A stretch of DNA of 63,738 nt, filler included, from Chiloscyllium plagiosum (Eukaryota): the NCBI RefSeq assembly GCF_004010195.1. It is 4 parts of one record of this genome, joined end to end, with 100 filler letters (N's around TTAATTAATTAA, not from the genome) between each part and the next. Parts side by side here need not be neighbours in the genome. Positions count along the whole stretch, not along the records: positions 20,731 to 48,547 come from NC_057717.1; 3 more parts are not named here. One strand, given 5' to 3'. Positions 23,370 to 35,850 of this stretch are shown piece after piece. A program made the translations under genes and the position numbers. Numbering within the stretch: the first letter of the stretch is position 1; every line of letters begins with the position of its first letter. The notes under the pieces are model-generated. The model was not told where the DNA came from and made no database searches. It worked only from the letters and a program-made list of their open reading frames with translations.

Positions 23370-24639
23370 GGTACCTGGTGATGCCACCTTCACCTTCACT
23401 CCTGCGGCCTTCAATCTTGGACACCAACATCTTGGGGGACACTGCACTCACAGAATATGCATGTACTCCACAACCACCAATGCTGGCATCTGACACATGC
23501 CAGCCTCACCAGGCCATCCCAGCACATCTCCGACCCACTGACAGTCCGCTTCTGTACTTCAATGCTGCAGCTCAGGGTGCACTGACAACTCTCATTGCAA
23601 TGCTGCTGCAAGAACACTGTGCTCAGGGACACACACACAGCTCATGGTCTGTCCCTCTTGGCTGCTCACTCCGTGTTTGTACACACTCAATGCTGCTGCA
23701 AGGACACTGTGCTCAGGGACACACACCCAGCTCATGGCCTCTCTCTCTGGGCTGCTCACTCCATGTTTGTACCCACGAACTTTGAACTGACTTGAATGCT
23801 CACAGAATTATTGCCTTGCCTTACCCTGCCTTTAGCAGTGTTTCTCCTCAGCTAGAGCTACCAGGCTCACCCGTCTGTTGCGTTGTCTTGGCGTTTAGCA
23901 GAGACACAAAACCAGGATGCTTGATAGCATTGACCACAGTCAGTCACGGTGCCAAGCACAGTGAGTCAGGGGGAGTCTCAGACCCCAGTCCGGGAGCTTG
24001 GACACGGTCAGTCAGCCTCTCGTGGTTGTTAGCGTCAGGATCCTTCCACTGTGAGGGGGTGAGGAGATTAATGTTAGGCTGCCCCATATCCCTCTTCGCT
24101 CTTTGTGCCCTAGTTTGGAATGGTTCCATCTGGAATGTGTGAATTACCAAGAAGGATTAGGGAAATGGAAGTGCTTGGTGCAGGTGTTCTTGCTGGGACA
24201 GCTGGGGGAAAGGTGTCAAGGTGTCCTGAGTGAGTGAGTGGGCAGCACAGACAGCAGGCATGATTGGGCAGAGGGGCAGAGAAGAGATTACAGAGAGACT
24301 GAGAGAAGGTGCTGCATTCAGTGAGAGTGAGAGAACATGATCCTTGGTGGGAGGTGGGTGCAGTAACAGAGAGAGAGAGAGAGTGAAGTCACACAGTACA
24401 GATGGTGGCACCTACTCAGATGGAGGGGAGAAGACCACTGACCTCCTTCCTTTACTGCTGGGTATTCAAATAGAAGGCTGGCACCTCAGTGACCCAGGGT
24501 TCAGCCTCGGAAGGGTCTGGTATCATAGCTTCCCCTGCCAGCCCTGGAGGAAGATAATGTCCCTCTCATGCACCATGTCATATACCAGGACCAGGGGCTT
24601 AGCCACAAAGTGGGGCCCCAGTTTTAACCCCTCTGCCAT
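23370..24639 (-). pseudogene. Decayed Myb/SANT-like (NAIF1/MSANTD-type) gene of a PIF/Harbinger transposon
   Basis: From ATG at 24639: MAEGLKLGPHFVAKPLVLVYDMVHERDIIF...QTLP...NTQQ*RKEVSGLL, then an intron-like stretch and a second segment RAQRAKRDMGQPNINLLTP, fitting the QCRKKxNDL / ERxKTGGGxPxxxxLTP pattern of Harbinger Myb/SANT proteins. Downstream extent is approximate. Confidence 0.6.
23598..23777. repeat. 90-bp tandem duplication (2 copies)
   Basis: CAATGCTGCTGCAAG.ACACTGTGCTCAGGGACACACAC starts at 23598 and 23688. Confidence 0.9.
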
Positions 24640-25009
24640 GTTCAGGCCAGTTTCGGCTTCACAATACAAGAGTAAAATGACTTTTTAAAGATGACTCATG
24701 GAAACAGGGAGGCTGGTGCTTTCTGGGGTATCCAGGCAGAGGGCAGTTGTTACGACAAAGGGGAAAGTTAATCGCGTTACAGTCAGGTGAGAGGAAGACC
24801 ACGCGGGCAGGGAGGGTATGAGGCAGATTGGGGATGGTATCATGAGAAAATGCAACTCAACCTGTGGAGAGAAACACTCCATGAAACCTGATTAAAATGA
24901 GATTTGACCAAATCATAAGTTGGGTTAGGCCTCTGCCTGTCTGAATCAAAATAGGGATGTAGTGTGAGATATTGGGAGCAACAAACTTGGAGCGGAGAAT
25001 TTTACAGGA

Positions 25010-26140
25010 GATTCAAATCCTTAAAATAGGGGTAATACAATGTTCCAGACTGTTGAAAGGAGCCGGGGGAAATCCCCGGCCTTATAGTTAACTACATTAT
25101 CCAATCCTCTCTGGATGCAGGGATGGTGCTGGAGGCCTGGAGAATGGCTAACACTGCAACTTTGTTTAATGTGGAGAGAGAGAGACTGACTGATTAGGTC
25201 GAGGCTGGAATTCTGAGGCAGTGGATAAACGGTCACTGAGGAAGTCCCAGAGACTCCTGGACAATAGGTCTGGATTTGTTCAAGGATGATCGCTGTAATT
25301 AATCTGACTGTGTTGGTTTGAGGCAGTAACCTGTAACTGCATGTGACTTCCTTGGATTGGACAAGAGATCCCATGACAGACTGTTTAAAAACAGAAACTA
25401 TGGGGTCCACATGAATGGAGCAAACAACCCAGAGAATTGCAAGGAAAAGCATTTGGGGACATCAACAATAGAGAGGAATGGACAGTAAATGAGAATATGA
25501 TCAGTCTGGGAAGATAAATGAAGGAAGCTGGTCAAATCAAAAATCTTGTTAATGTAGCAAATTGCATTATTTCCTCTGTAAGCCAAAATACATAATTTCA
25601 GAGCAGGAAGTTTATCCAGGAAGTGTATAAATAATGAGTTCAGTCACGGCTTGGGCACTGTGTACAGTTCTGGCCATTCCACATTGAAGGATGGAATTGG
25701 AATGGAGAGGGAACAGAGGAGATTCTTCACCTGTGACAGTCGTAGTGCAGTTCGGAGGAAAGATAGGAACGGAGGATGCTGATAGGAGATTTGATTGGGG
25801 TGCACATATTGTCAGGAGCCTGTGTAGAAAGGGTGAGAACTTATTTTGTCTGTTGTAGAATTGCATTACCAGCGGTGAATATTAAATGTAATTCGTTGAA
25901 ATATTTGCGAAGTGCTGAGGAAGGTCGTTATTTCACCCAGGGTATGGTCGAGATCTGGGAGTCACCAATGGAAGTCGAATAGAGGTAGAAACTCTCAAAC
26001 CATTTTAAAAAGGTGCCGGGATCTGCACCTGAAGGCCTATCGTTTCTGGGAAGACAGAACTAGGGCTTCAAAAATGACATGACATCTTGTCCAATGTAGA
26101 CAGTGTGCAGAGTGATTTCCTCTATACTGTGCTATTTTAA
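25010..26140 (+). mobile_element. Old CR1 ORF2 fragments
   Basis: KSPA, W.MANTATxF and CTVLAIP-type remnants plus 3' region. Confidence 0.5.
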
Positions 26141-27200
26141 GTAGTTTTCAAGGGTTACCAATATCTGATTGGATCAATACATAGGAATGTGGGGAGAAAG
26201 CAGGGAGGAGCAGTGTGTGAATTGATTAGCATCACAATAATACTGATCCCATCCTTTACACATAGTGTACTTCACTGTGTTAGTCTTTTTATCCTTCCTG
26301 TGTAAACAGTAAACCCCTTTGATATATCCAGTTCTGAGTCCATGTCACACTGCAGCCACGTCTCCATAATCCCAGCTCCATCTGACTTGGTTCATGCTAT
26401 CTAAAGCTACCATTTCATTGGGCTTGTTGAAACGTTAGGAAGGAATTCAGGGATGGCAGCAAGTGCAAAGTCCAGGATGGCTATAGGGTCCAGAGGTGGT
26501 TACAGAGATAGGAAGGTATGTGAAGGTTACGGGATATTAGAGGAACATGGATTGTTCTAGAGGCTGAAGGAGATTACAAAGACAAGAATAGTTTTAGGTT
26601 TTGGTTGAAGTGAGAATGGAGCTTGAGCAGCCAGATCAATATTCTGGATGCAAGAGCCTTGTAGAGAGAAACGCTCCCCGATACCTATGAAAGTTTCCCT
26701 GGACAATTTAGCACATGATTTATTTCTCTTTATCTCTCTGCTCCAGAAATAAAAATCCTGTCCACTGTGCCTAATAACTGCCATTCTCTGAAACATCCTT
26801 CATGTTCCATGACCCTTCCCACTTCTGTAAACCCACTAGTTTCTACAAACATTCCTATTTGGCTCCATGCCCTATGAAGCTCTCTGCTTCGAATAACCCT
26901 TCCTCCTTAAGCAGAAGGTCACACACAAACGGCGGATTGAGTCTTTGGAACCAGTTAGTGATCAGTAAGAGACATTCTGGGTGGAGAACATTGAGACCAA
27001 GTGTTTGTAAAAAACAGGAAATAAAAGCTGGTATTGGTCCTGCAGGAGACTGATAACAGGAGGGTCGACTGAAAGGTACAGGACTGTCCTTGCAGAAATT
27101 TACAGAGACAGCGTTGGCGAAACTGGAGGTGGTTTCAGAGACAAGGGGATTTGGAGGTGTTAATGAACGTTAGAGACACATGGAGTGTTTTTATAGTGAT

Positions 27201-27403
27201 TGTAACGGGGTCAGTCAGGTAAACCTCGTTAATACGCGTTCCCTGATTGGGACTGTGAACCTGGTCTAATCAGGGAATCCTGGCTCAGAAATAAACAGAA
27301 GCATCAGGGGCTCTGTGCTAGCGTGGGTCAGTGCCATGGATCATGCATTTACAAATAAAAGGTGATTTGGTAACAGGATACCAACCTCTGTGGAGTCATT
27401 ACA
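27201..27403 (+). mobile_element. Short solo LTR (~203 bp)
   Basis: TGTAAC...TTACA termini, AATAAA at ~27354, internal inverted repeat TTCCCTGATTGG/CTAATCAGGGAA; flanks GTGAT/GTTTT match only partly. Confidence 0.65.
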
Positions 27404-28709
27404 GTTTTAACATCTGGTAGATATTCCAGAGAGAGGGAGAGCTGGAGGTGTTTCCACAGATTGGGATGGATTTCGAATCTGGAGGCTGCAGAGAGACTGA
27501 ACTGTGTCAAGGCAGAAGGTGGTTACAGAATCATGAGCACTGTGGGGACTAGAGGATGTTACACAGCTGGTTAGGCACTGAAGAAGGTTTCACAACAGGG
27601 AAAATTGTAAGGGCAGGAGCAAAGAAAAGAGATGGGCAGGGATGTCAGTGCTAGAGAACGTTGGAGATATAATGAACACTGTAGTGGCTGGAGTTTATGG
27701 AGATACTGCAATCTGTCAGGGCAGGAGTGGGTTGGTAAAGCTGATTGTTATATGGATTGAAGGAGATTGCAAAAATTAGGTTTCTATGGGCCAGAGTAGT
27801 TGCAGAGAANNNNNNNNNNNNNNNNNNNNNNNNNNNNNNNNNNNNNNNNNNNNNNNNNNNNNNNNNNNNNNNNNNNNNNNNNNNNNNNNNNNNNNNNNNN
27901 NNNNNNNNNNNNNNNNNNNNNNNNNNNNNNNNNNNNNNNNNNNNNNNNNNNNNNNNNNNNNNNNNNNNNNNNNNNNNNNNNNNNNNNNNNNNNNNNNNNN
28001 NNNNNNNNNNNNNNNNNNNNNNNNNNNNNNNNNNNNNNNNNNNNNNNNNNNNNNNNNNNNNNNNNNNNNNNNNNNNNNNNNNNNNNNNNNNNNNNNNNNN
28101 NNNNNNNNNNNNNNNNNNNNNNNNNNNNNNNNNNNNNNNNNNNNNNNNNNNNNNNNNNNNNNNNNNNNNNNNNNNNNNNNNNNNNNNNNNNNNNNNNNNN
28201 NNNNNNNNNNNNNNNNNNNNNNNNNNNNNNNNNNNNNNNNNNNNNNNNNNNNNNNNNNNNNNNNNNNNNNNNNNNNNNNNNNNNNNNNNNNNNNNNNNNN
28301 NNNNNNNNNNNNNNNNNNNNNNNNNNNNNNNNNNNNNNNNNNNNNNNNNNNNNNNNNNNNNNNNNNNNNNNNNNNNNNNNNNNNNNNNNNNNNNNNNNNN
28401 NNNNNNNNNNNNNNNNNNNNNNNNNNNNNNNNNNNNNNNNNNNNNNNNNNNNNNNNNNNNNNNNNNNNNNNNNNNNNNNNNNNNNNNNNNNNNNNNNNNN
28501 NNNNNNNNNNNNNNNNNNNNNNNNNNNNNNNNNNNNNNNNNNNNNNNNNNNNNNNNNNNNNNNNNNNNNNNNNNNNNNNNNNNNNNNNNNNNNNNNNNNN
28601 NNNNNNNNNNNNNNNNNNNNNNNNNNNNNNNNNNNNNNNNNNNNNNNNNNNNNNNNNNNNNNNNNNNNNNNNNNNNNNNNNNNNNNNNNNNNNNNNNNNN
28701 NNNNNNNNN

Positions 28710-29065
28710 TGGGGGGGGGGGGCGATGTTCAAGGGTGGAGGTGCGGGATGTGGAGGAGATGTGGTGGAGAGCATTGTCGACCACGTCAGAGGGGAAATTG
28801 TGGTTTGAAGAAGGAGGCCATTTTAGTTGTTCCGTAGTGGAATTGGTCCTCTTGGGAGCAGATGCGGCGGAGGAATTGAGAATATGCGATGGAGTTTTTA
28901 CAGGGAGCAGGGTGGGAGAATGTGTAATCTAGGTAGCTGTGGGAGTCGGTCGGTTTGGAGGAAATGTCTGTGTTGAGTCGGTCGTCCGAGATAGAAATGG
29001 ACGAGGACTGGGAAGGGGAGGGAGGAGTCCGAGATGGTCCAGGTAAATTTGTGGTCGGTGTGGAA
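28710..29065 (-). mobile_element. Penelope-like RT thumb fragment
   Basis: KFTWTISDSSLPF...DRLNTDISSKPTDSHSYLDYTFSHPAPCKNSIAYSQFLRRICS. Confidence 0.85.
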
Positions 29066-29460
29066 GCTCTCCGCTTCTTCTTCTCCCGTCGACCCAACCA
29101 GTACCCTTCCACTGACACCCTCCTTCGACGGAGTGAACTGGTCCTCACACCACACCGTCCACCTCCTCCATGATTTTTTCGTCCCTGGCCCCCAACGCCT
29201 TATCTTCACGATGGACATTCAGTCACTATACACCTCCATCACCCATCACGAAGGCCACCAAGCCCTCCGCTTCTTCCTCTCCCGCTGACCGAACCAGTAC
29301 TCTACCATTGATACCCTCCTTCGACTGGCTGAACTGGTCCTCACTCTTAACAACTTGTCCTTCCAATCCTCCACCTTCCTCCAAACCAACGGAGTAGCCA
29401 TGGGGACCCGCATGGGCCCCAGCTATGCCTGCCCCTTCGTCGGATATGTGGAACAGTCTT
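29062..29460 (+). mobile_element. Penelope-like RT core fragment
   Basis: LIFTMDIQSLYTSITHHEG..ALRFFL...LAELVLTLNN.SF...LQTNGVAMGTRMGPSYAC.FVGYVEQS. Confidence 0.88.
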
Positions 29461-29691
29461 ATCCCCCTACACTGCCCTGTTATTTGGCCAATCATGGTTA
29501 CACCAGTTCTTCAACTGAACTCTTTGCTGAGCAATGATCTCCTCCTTCAATCATATCCTCACTTTTGTTTTGGCATAAAAAATAATTCAATCGCCTTCTG
29601 AATGTTTCACTCAAACATGCAACGAGAACGCATCTTAGTGCATCTTAACTACTTGTGGAGATCTTTTTCCAGGCCGAAATCCGCTTTCTAG

Positions 29692-29980
29692 CGGCACGTT
29701 GGCACAGTGGTTAGCACTGCTGCCTCACAGCACCAGAGACCTGGGTTCAATTCCCGCCTCAGGCGACTGACTGTGTGGAGTGTGCACGTTCTCCCCGTGT
29801 CTGCGTGGGTTTCCTCCGGGTGCTCCGGTTTCCTCCCACAGTCCAAAGATGAATTGGCCATACTAAATTGCCCGTAGTGTTAGGTAGGGGGTATGGGTGG
29901 GTTTCGCTTCGGCGGGTCGGTGTGGACTTGTTGGGCTGAAGGGCCTGTTTCCACAATGTAATGTAATGTAATGTAATGTT
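29692..29980 (+). mobile_element. HE1-like V-SINE
   Basis: A/B boxes, V-domain GTGTGGAG...CTCCGGTTTCCTCCCACAG, CR1-like tail and (AATGT)n. Confidence 0.92.
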
Positions 29981-30059
29981 ATCTTACTCCATCTTTTATC
30001 ACGCTCATTATGAGGGGCTCACAGGAGGATCCTGAGACTGCCCTCTGGTGGGTCTCAGT

Positions 30060-30790
30060 TTTCTAATAATTCCCCTCTGCTCCAATACCACTCTCTGAAC
30101 CTCCAGCATTCCTCCTGGTTCCCAATTTGATTCTACATCTGACATAAATTCTATTGTTCTTCACGTTCACCGAGGGAGCATTGGGCTGTTTATCCTGCCG
30201 TTCCTATTTGAGGGACCATTCCTCGACTGGACCAAAGCCATCTCCTCTTTGCAGGGAGCCCATGGTTCACATTATCTTTTTCTGACCAAATTGGTGCTCC
30301 AGTCAAACCTTCCCAGCTTCATTCTTGCCCCATTGAAGGCTGCTCTCAGTTAACTAATGTTTCTCACTCTCAATTAGTGTATATCATTCTCTACCATCAT
30401 CCTGAACTTTACAATAGAATGATCACTCCGACCCAAAATCTTCCCCTCGACACTGGATCCACTTGCCCCACCTTTTCGAAGGACCAGGTCCGACACTACA
30501 TGTTCTCTTGGGCTGGACACATACTCCTGCATTAAGCTCTCCTCCATGTAATCCAGCGATACTCGAACCTCGTGACCCTGCACCACCAATAACGCAGTCA
30601 ATATCTGGACAAATTAAGTTTCTGAGTATAACTAATCTGTATTATTGTTATCACTCTCAAATTACGCTGCATTTTTATTCTCTCCATCACTTCCTTGGTT
30701 GCTGGCTGACAGACTGCACCTCACAGTGTAATTGTACACTTTTTGCTCTGTAGCTCCAGCCAAATTTATTCTGTCCTTGGACGGATCCTG
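30060..30790 (-). mobile_element. Degenerate CR1 endonuclease-region fragment
   Basis: QEYVSSPR...DLVL...LGRSDHSIVKF on the minus strand. Confidence 0.7.
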
Positions 30791-31442
30791 ACCTTCCTCC
30801 AAACCAACGGAGTAGCCATGTGGAGCTATGCGAGCCCCTTCGTCGGATATGTGGAACAGTCTTATCCCCCTACACTGCCCTGTTATTTGGCCAATCATGG
30901 TTACACCAGTTCTTCAACTGAACTCTTTGCTGAGCAATGATCTCCTCCTTCAATCATATCCTCACTTTTGTTTTGGTATAAAAAATCATTCAATCGCCTT
31001 CTGAATGTTTCACTCAAACATGCAACGACAACGCATCTTAGTGCATCTTAACTACTTGTGGAGATCTTTTTCCAGGCCGAAATCCTCTTTCTAGCGGCAC
31101 GGTGGCACAGTGGTTAGCACTGCTGCCTCACAGCACCAGAGACCTGGGTTCAATTCACCGACTCAGGCGACTGAATGTGTGGAGTTTCCACGTTCTCCCC
31201 GTGTCTGCGTGGGTTTCCTCCGGGTGCTCCGGTTTCCTCCTACAGTCCAAAGATGAATTGGCCATACTAAATTGCCCATGGTGTTAGGTAGGGGGTATGG
31301 GTGGGTTTCGGGTCGGTGTGGACTTGTTGGGCCGAAGGGCTTGTTTCCACACTGTAATGTAATGTAATCTAATATTACTCCATCTTTTAACACGCTCATT
31401 ATGAGGGGCTCACAGGAGGATCCTGAGACTGCCCTCTGGTGG
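30791..31442 (+). repeat. Second copy of a tandem duplication (matches 29373-30051), including a SINE at 31094-31372
   Basis: Near-identical sequence from ACCTTCCTCCAAACCAACGGAGTAGCCAT to CCCTCTGGTGG; runs into the gap. Confidence 0.92.
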
Positions 31443-32206
31443 NNNNNNNNNNNNNNNNNNNNNNNNNNNNNNNNNNNNNNNNNNNNNNNNNNNNNNNNNN
31501 NNNNNNNNNNNNNNNNNNNNNNNNNNNNNNNNNNNNNNNNNNNNNNNNNNNNNNNNNNNNNNNNNNNNNNNNNNNNNNNNNNNNNNNNNNNNNNNNNNNN
31601 NNNNNNNNNNNNNNNNNNNNNNNNNNNNNNNNNNNNNNNNNNNNNNNNNNNNNNNNNNNNNNNNNNNNNNNNNNNNNNNNNNNNNNNNNNNNNNNNNNNN
31701 NNNNNNNNNNNNNNNNNNNNNNNNNNNNNNNNNNNNNNNNNNNNNNNNNNNNNNNNNNNNNNNNNNNNNNNNNNNNNNNNNNNNNNNNNNNNNNNNNNNN
31801 NNNNNNNNNNNNNNNNNNNNNNNNNNNNNNNNNNNNNNNNNNNNNNNNNNNNNNNNNNNNNNNNNNNNNNNNNNNNNNNNNNNNNNNNNNNNNNNNNNNN
31901 NNNNNNNNNNNNNNNNNNNNNNNNNNNNNNNNNNNNNNNNNNTTCTCAAAAGACTTACTGTCTCCATAACTTTCTTCAGTCCCCACAGTCATCCCAATTT
32001 TTAAGCCCCTTCAGTCCCCACAGCCCTCCGTATCTCCAGAAACTCCTTCAGTCCCCATGACTCTTCCTTTCCATATAATCTGAATCATTCCCCACAAACC
32101 TCCTTAACTCCATAACCTCCAAACGTCCCCACGACCCTCCCTATCTCCATAATCTCATTCAGGCCCGACGACCCTCCCATTCAGAGAAACCTTCTTCAAA
32201 CTTAAT

Positions 32207-32513
32207 GGGTCGTACAGTGGTTAGCACTGCTGCCTCACAGCGCCAGAGACCCGGGTTCGTTTCCCGCCTCAGGCCACTGACTGCATGGAGTTTGCACATT
32301 CTCCCCGTGTCTGTGTGTGTTTCCTCCGGGTGCTTCGGTTTCCTCCCACAGTCAAAAAATGTGCAACTTAGTTGAACTGGCCACGCTAAATTGCCCATAG
32401 TGTTAGGTGCAGGGGTAAACGTAAGGGAATGGGTCTGGGTCGGTGCGCTTCGGTGGGTCGGTGTGGACTTGTTTGGCCGAAGAGCCTGTTTCCATACTGT
32501 AAGTAATCTAATC
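32207..32513 (+). mobile_element. HE1-like V-SINE (SINE A)
   Basis: Head, V-domain and tail; private variants GGGTCGTACAG and GGCCACTGACTGCATGG. Confidence 0.92.
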
Positions 32514-33094
32514 CCTATGATCCTGCTGATCTGTGTAAACTCCTTCAATCCCAACAGCACTCCCTATCTCCAGAATGTTCTTCAGTCACCAGTGCATTCT
32601 CTATGTCCATAATCTCATACAGTCCCCACATCACTCCCTATTTCCATAACGGCCTTCAGTCCCCATGACCCTCCGTATTTCCAAAGCCTCTATTACCTGC
32701 TGACACTGTAAGCTACCTTTTTCAGATTGAGAAACAAGAACTCCCATAACCCTTTCTGCTGTCAGTCTGAAACCACACAATGTTAGCCTGACAGTAAGTC
32801 GGGAGCTGGAATGTGTTTGAAATGATATGTCAATAAACAATAACTGGGCCCTTAGAAACGCATTTTATAAAAAGAGAATGTCGTTTTGAGCCTGTTGGAT
32901 TGTATTTTTTTTGGTGTGAGTATAAACGGCAGAGTAGATACGGGTGTAGGAGTGGCTGTACCTAGGATATGGTTTATTTGAATTATCAGAAGCCTTTACA
33001 CAAGTTTCAATAAGGGCTAAGGAGTAACTTGGTAGAGAATAGGGCCTCTTAACAATTAGGAGTGGCTGAATCATTAAACAAAATATTGTCGTCA

Positions 33095-35160
33095 TTATTT
33101 ACTGTGGAGAAAGACACGGAAGCTCGGGAACTTGGGGAAATAAATAGCGATGCCTTGGAACGAATCCTCAACATTGAAGAGAAAGTGCTGGCATCTTAAA
33201 ACAAATAAAGGTAGATCAATCTTCAGCAGCTCATTAGGTCGATCCTTGAATATTGTGGGAAGCTAGGGAAGAGATTGCAGTGTCCCTAACAGAGATATTT
33301 ATATTATCAACAGACACAGTGAGATGTTGAAAGACTGGAGGGTGCCTAATGCTGTTTCATCTCTTAAGGGCTGCAGGGAAAAGCCAGGAAATTACAGCCC
33401 CCTGAGCCCAGTGATGGGGAAATTATTGGAGGAGATTCTGAGAGAAAGGAAAGGCAAGGGCTGATTAGAGATGGTCAGCATGGCTTTAAGAGTGGGAAAC
33501 AGTATTTCACAAACCGGATTGACTCTTTGAGGAGTTGGCCAAGAGATAGATGAAGGCAGAGCAGTCAACGTTGTCTACATGGACTTCAGCAAAGCATTTG
33601 CCAAGATTCCAAGGGATGTAGAACATCTAGTCAAGAGGAAGAATGAAGCTAACCTAATGTTGAGGAACCAAGGTTCAGAAGCAGTGGTCTAGAGAGTTCC
33701 ATGGGGCAGCACGGTGGCTCAGTGGTTAGCACTATTGCCGCACAGCACCAGGGACACGATTTCAATTCCAGCCCTAGGCTGGATTGTCTGTGTGGAGTTT
33801 GCACATTGTCTCCATGTCTGCATGGGTTTCGTCCGATTTCCTCCCACAGTTCAAAGATTAGCAGGTTAGGTGAATCAGCCATGCGTTGTTCAAGAAAGGG
33901 AATAGAGATAATCCTGGGAACTACAGACCTGTCAGTCTTCTGTCTGTGATGTGCAGATTATCGGAGAGGACTCTGAGAGACAGGATTTATGATTCCTTGA
34001 AAAACCATATTTTGATTGAGACAGTCAGCATGGCTTTGTAAGGGGCATGTCATGCCTCACAAATCTTATTGAATCCTTTGAGAATGTGGCTGATTGAGAA
34101 AGTACAGAGCATGGGATACAGGGAAACCTGTCAGTCTGGATACAGAATTCCTGGCCCATAGAAGACAGAGGGTGATGACAGATGGAAAGCATTCAGCCTG
34201 GAGCTCAGTGACCAGTGGTTTTCTGCAGGGAGAGGTTACAGGATCTCTGCTCGTTGTGATTTTGTGAATGACTTCGATGTGTGAGTGAAGGAATGGGTAA
34301 ATAAGTTTGCCAATGACACGAAGGTTGCTGGAGTAGTGAATAGTGTGGATGTCTGCTGGAGGTTGCAATGGGACATTGACCGGATGTCCAGCTGGGCTGA
34401 GAAGTGGCAGATGATGTCAAATCAGGAAAAGTGTGAAGTGATTCATTTTGGAATGTCAGACTTGAACACAGAATACAGGGATAAAGGCAGAATACTGTAT
34501 AGTGTGGAGGAACAGATGCATCTTAGATTTCATGACCTGAGATCCGTCAAATTTGCCACCAAGCTGATAATGTTGTTAAGAAGGAATATGTTGTTTTGGC
34601 TTTCATTAGATGGGGGATTGAGTTTTAAAGCCATGAGGTTATGCTGCAGCTATATACAGTCCTGTTTAGAAAATTGTGTTCAGTTCGGATCCCCCATTAC
34701 AGGAAGGATATGAAAGCCTCAGAGAGGGTCAAGACGAGATTTACCAGGATGTTGCCTGGACTGGAGAGCATATCTCATGAAAAAAAGGTTGAGGGAGCTA
34801 AGGCTATTCTCATTGGAGTGAAGAAGGGTGAGGGGAGACTTTGTAGAGGTGAACAAGTTGGTGTGAGGCATAGATAGATTGAATAGTGAGCGATCTCTTT
34901 ATCCCATGGCATACATGGCCATTACAAGGGGGCATTATTTTAAGGTGACTGGAGGATGGGTATGGGGAGATTTCAGATGTAGGTTCTTTACACAGAGAGT
35001 AGTGGGTGGGTGGAACGGTACATTTAATAGACTCTTGGATACGCACATGGATGATAATAAAATGAAGGGTATGTAGGTCAGTTTGTTCTTACAATCAGGT
35101 AAAGTGTTGGCATGGCATCATGGCTGAAGTGTCTTCTGCTGTACTGTTCTGTGTTCTACA
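33095..35160 (+). mobile_element. CR1 ORF2 fragments to 3' end, interrupted by a truncated SINE at ~33702-33883
   Basis: VYMDFSKAF, QHGFVRGMSCLTNLIESFE and KFANDTKV...WAEKWQM...CEVIHFG. Confidence 0.85.
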
Positions 35161-35209
35161 TTCTGCATGGTAAACTGGGTAATAAGCTCAGATCAATAAA
35201 AGGATATAG

Positions 35210-35850
35210 CATTCAGGACGAGCTAGTTCACTGGATACAAAATTGAGCTTGATGGTAGGTGGCAGAGGGTGATGGGAGACATGTTGTTTTTTGTGACTGG
35301 ATGCATGTGACCAGCGGTGTAGTGAGCCCATTGTTGTTTGTTATTTGGATCAATGGTTTGAATGGGAATATTGGTTTTCTGGCAAGTAAGTTTTTTGGGT
35401 TACCCTGAAATTGGTGGTAAAGTGGATAGTGAAGAAGGTTATCTGTGATACAACAAGATTAACAGTACTACTGTAATAGTGGGCTGAAGGAAAGCAGATG
35501 GAGTTTAATTAGATAAAGGTGAGGTGTTCCATTTTGGTGAAACAAGCCAGGGTGGGACTTGTACACTTAATATTCAGGCCCTGGGTAATGTTGTCAGTCA
35601 GAGACCCATGGATGCAGGTACACAGTTCTTTGAAGGTGGTGTCACAGGTAGACAGGCTGGTGAAGCAGGCGTTTGGGATGGATACCTTCATTGGGCAGAG
35701 CATTGAGAGTAGGAATTGGGATGTCAAGATGCTGCCTGACCTGCTGTGCTTTTCCAGCACCACTATAATCTAGACTCTGGTTTCCAGCATCTGCAGCCCT
35801 TCTTTTTGCCATATTGTACCTGTACAAGTCACTGGTGAGGTCACGGTGAA
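35210..35850 (+). mobile_element. CR1 RT fragment with a Penelope-type pLTR tail inserted at ~35728-35800
   Basis: QMEFN.DK.EV.HFG motif; insert GATGCTGCCTGACCTGCTGTGCTTTTCCAGCA. Confidence 0.7.

Noticed and set aside
32726..32791. Segment bounded by TTTTTCAG and GTAAGT
   Set aside because: Stops in all three frames and no other support.
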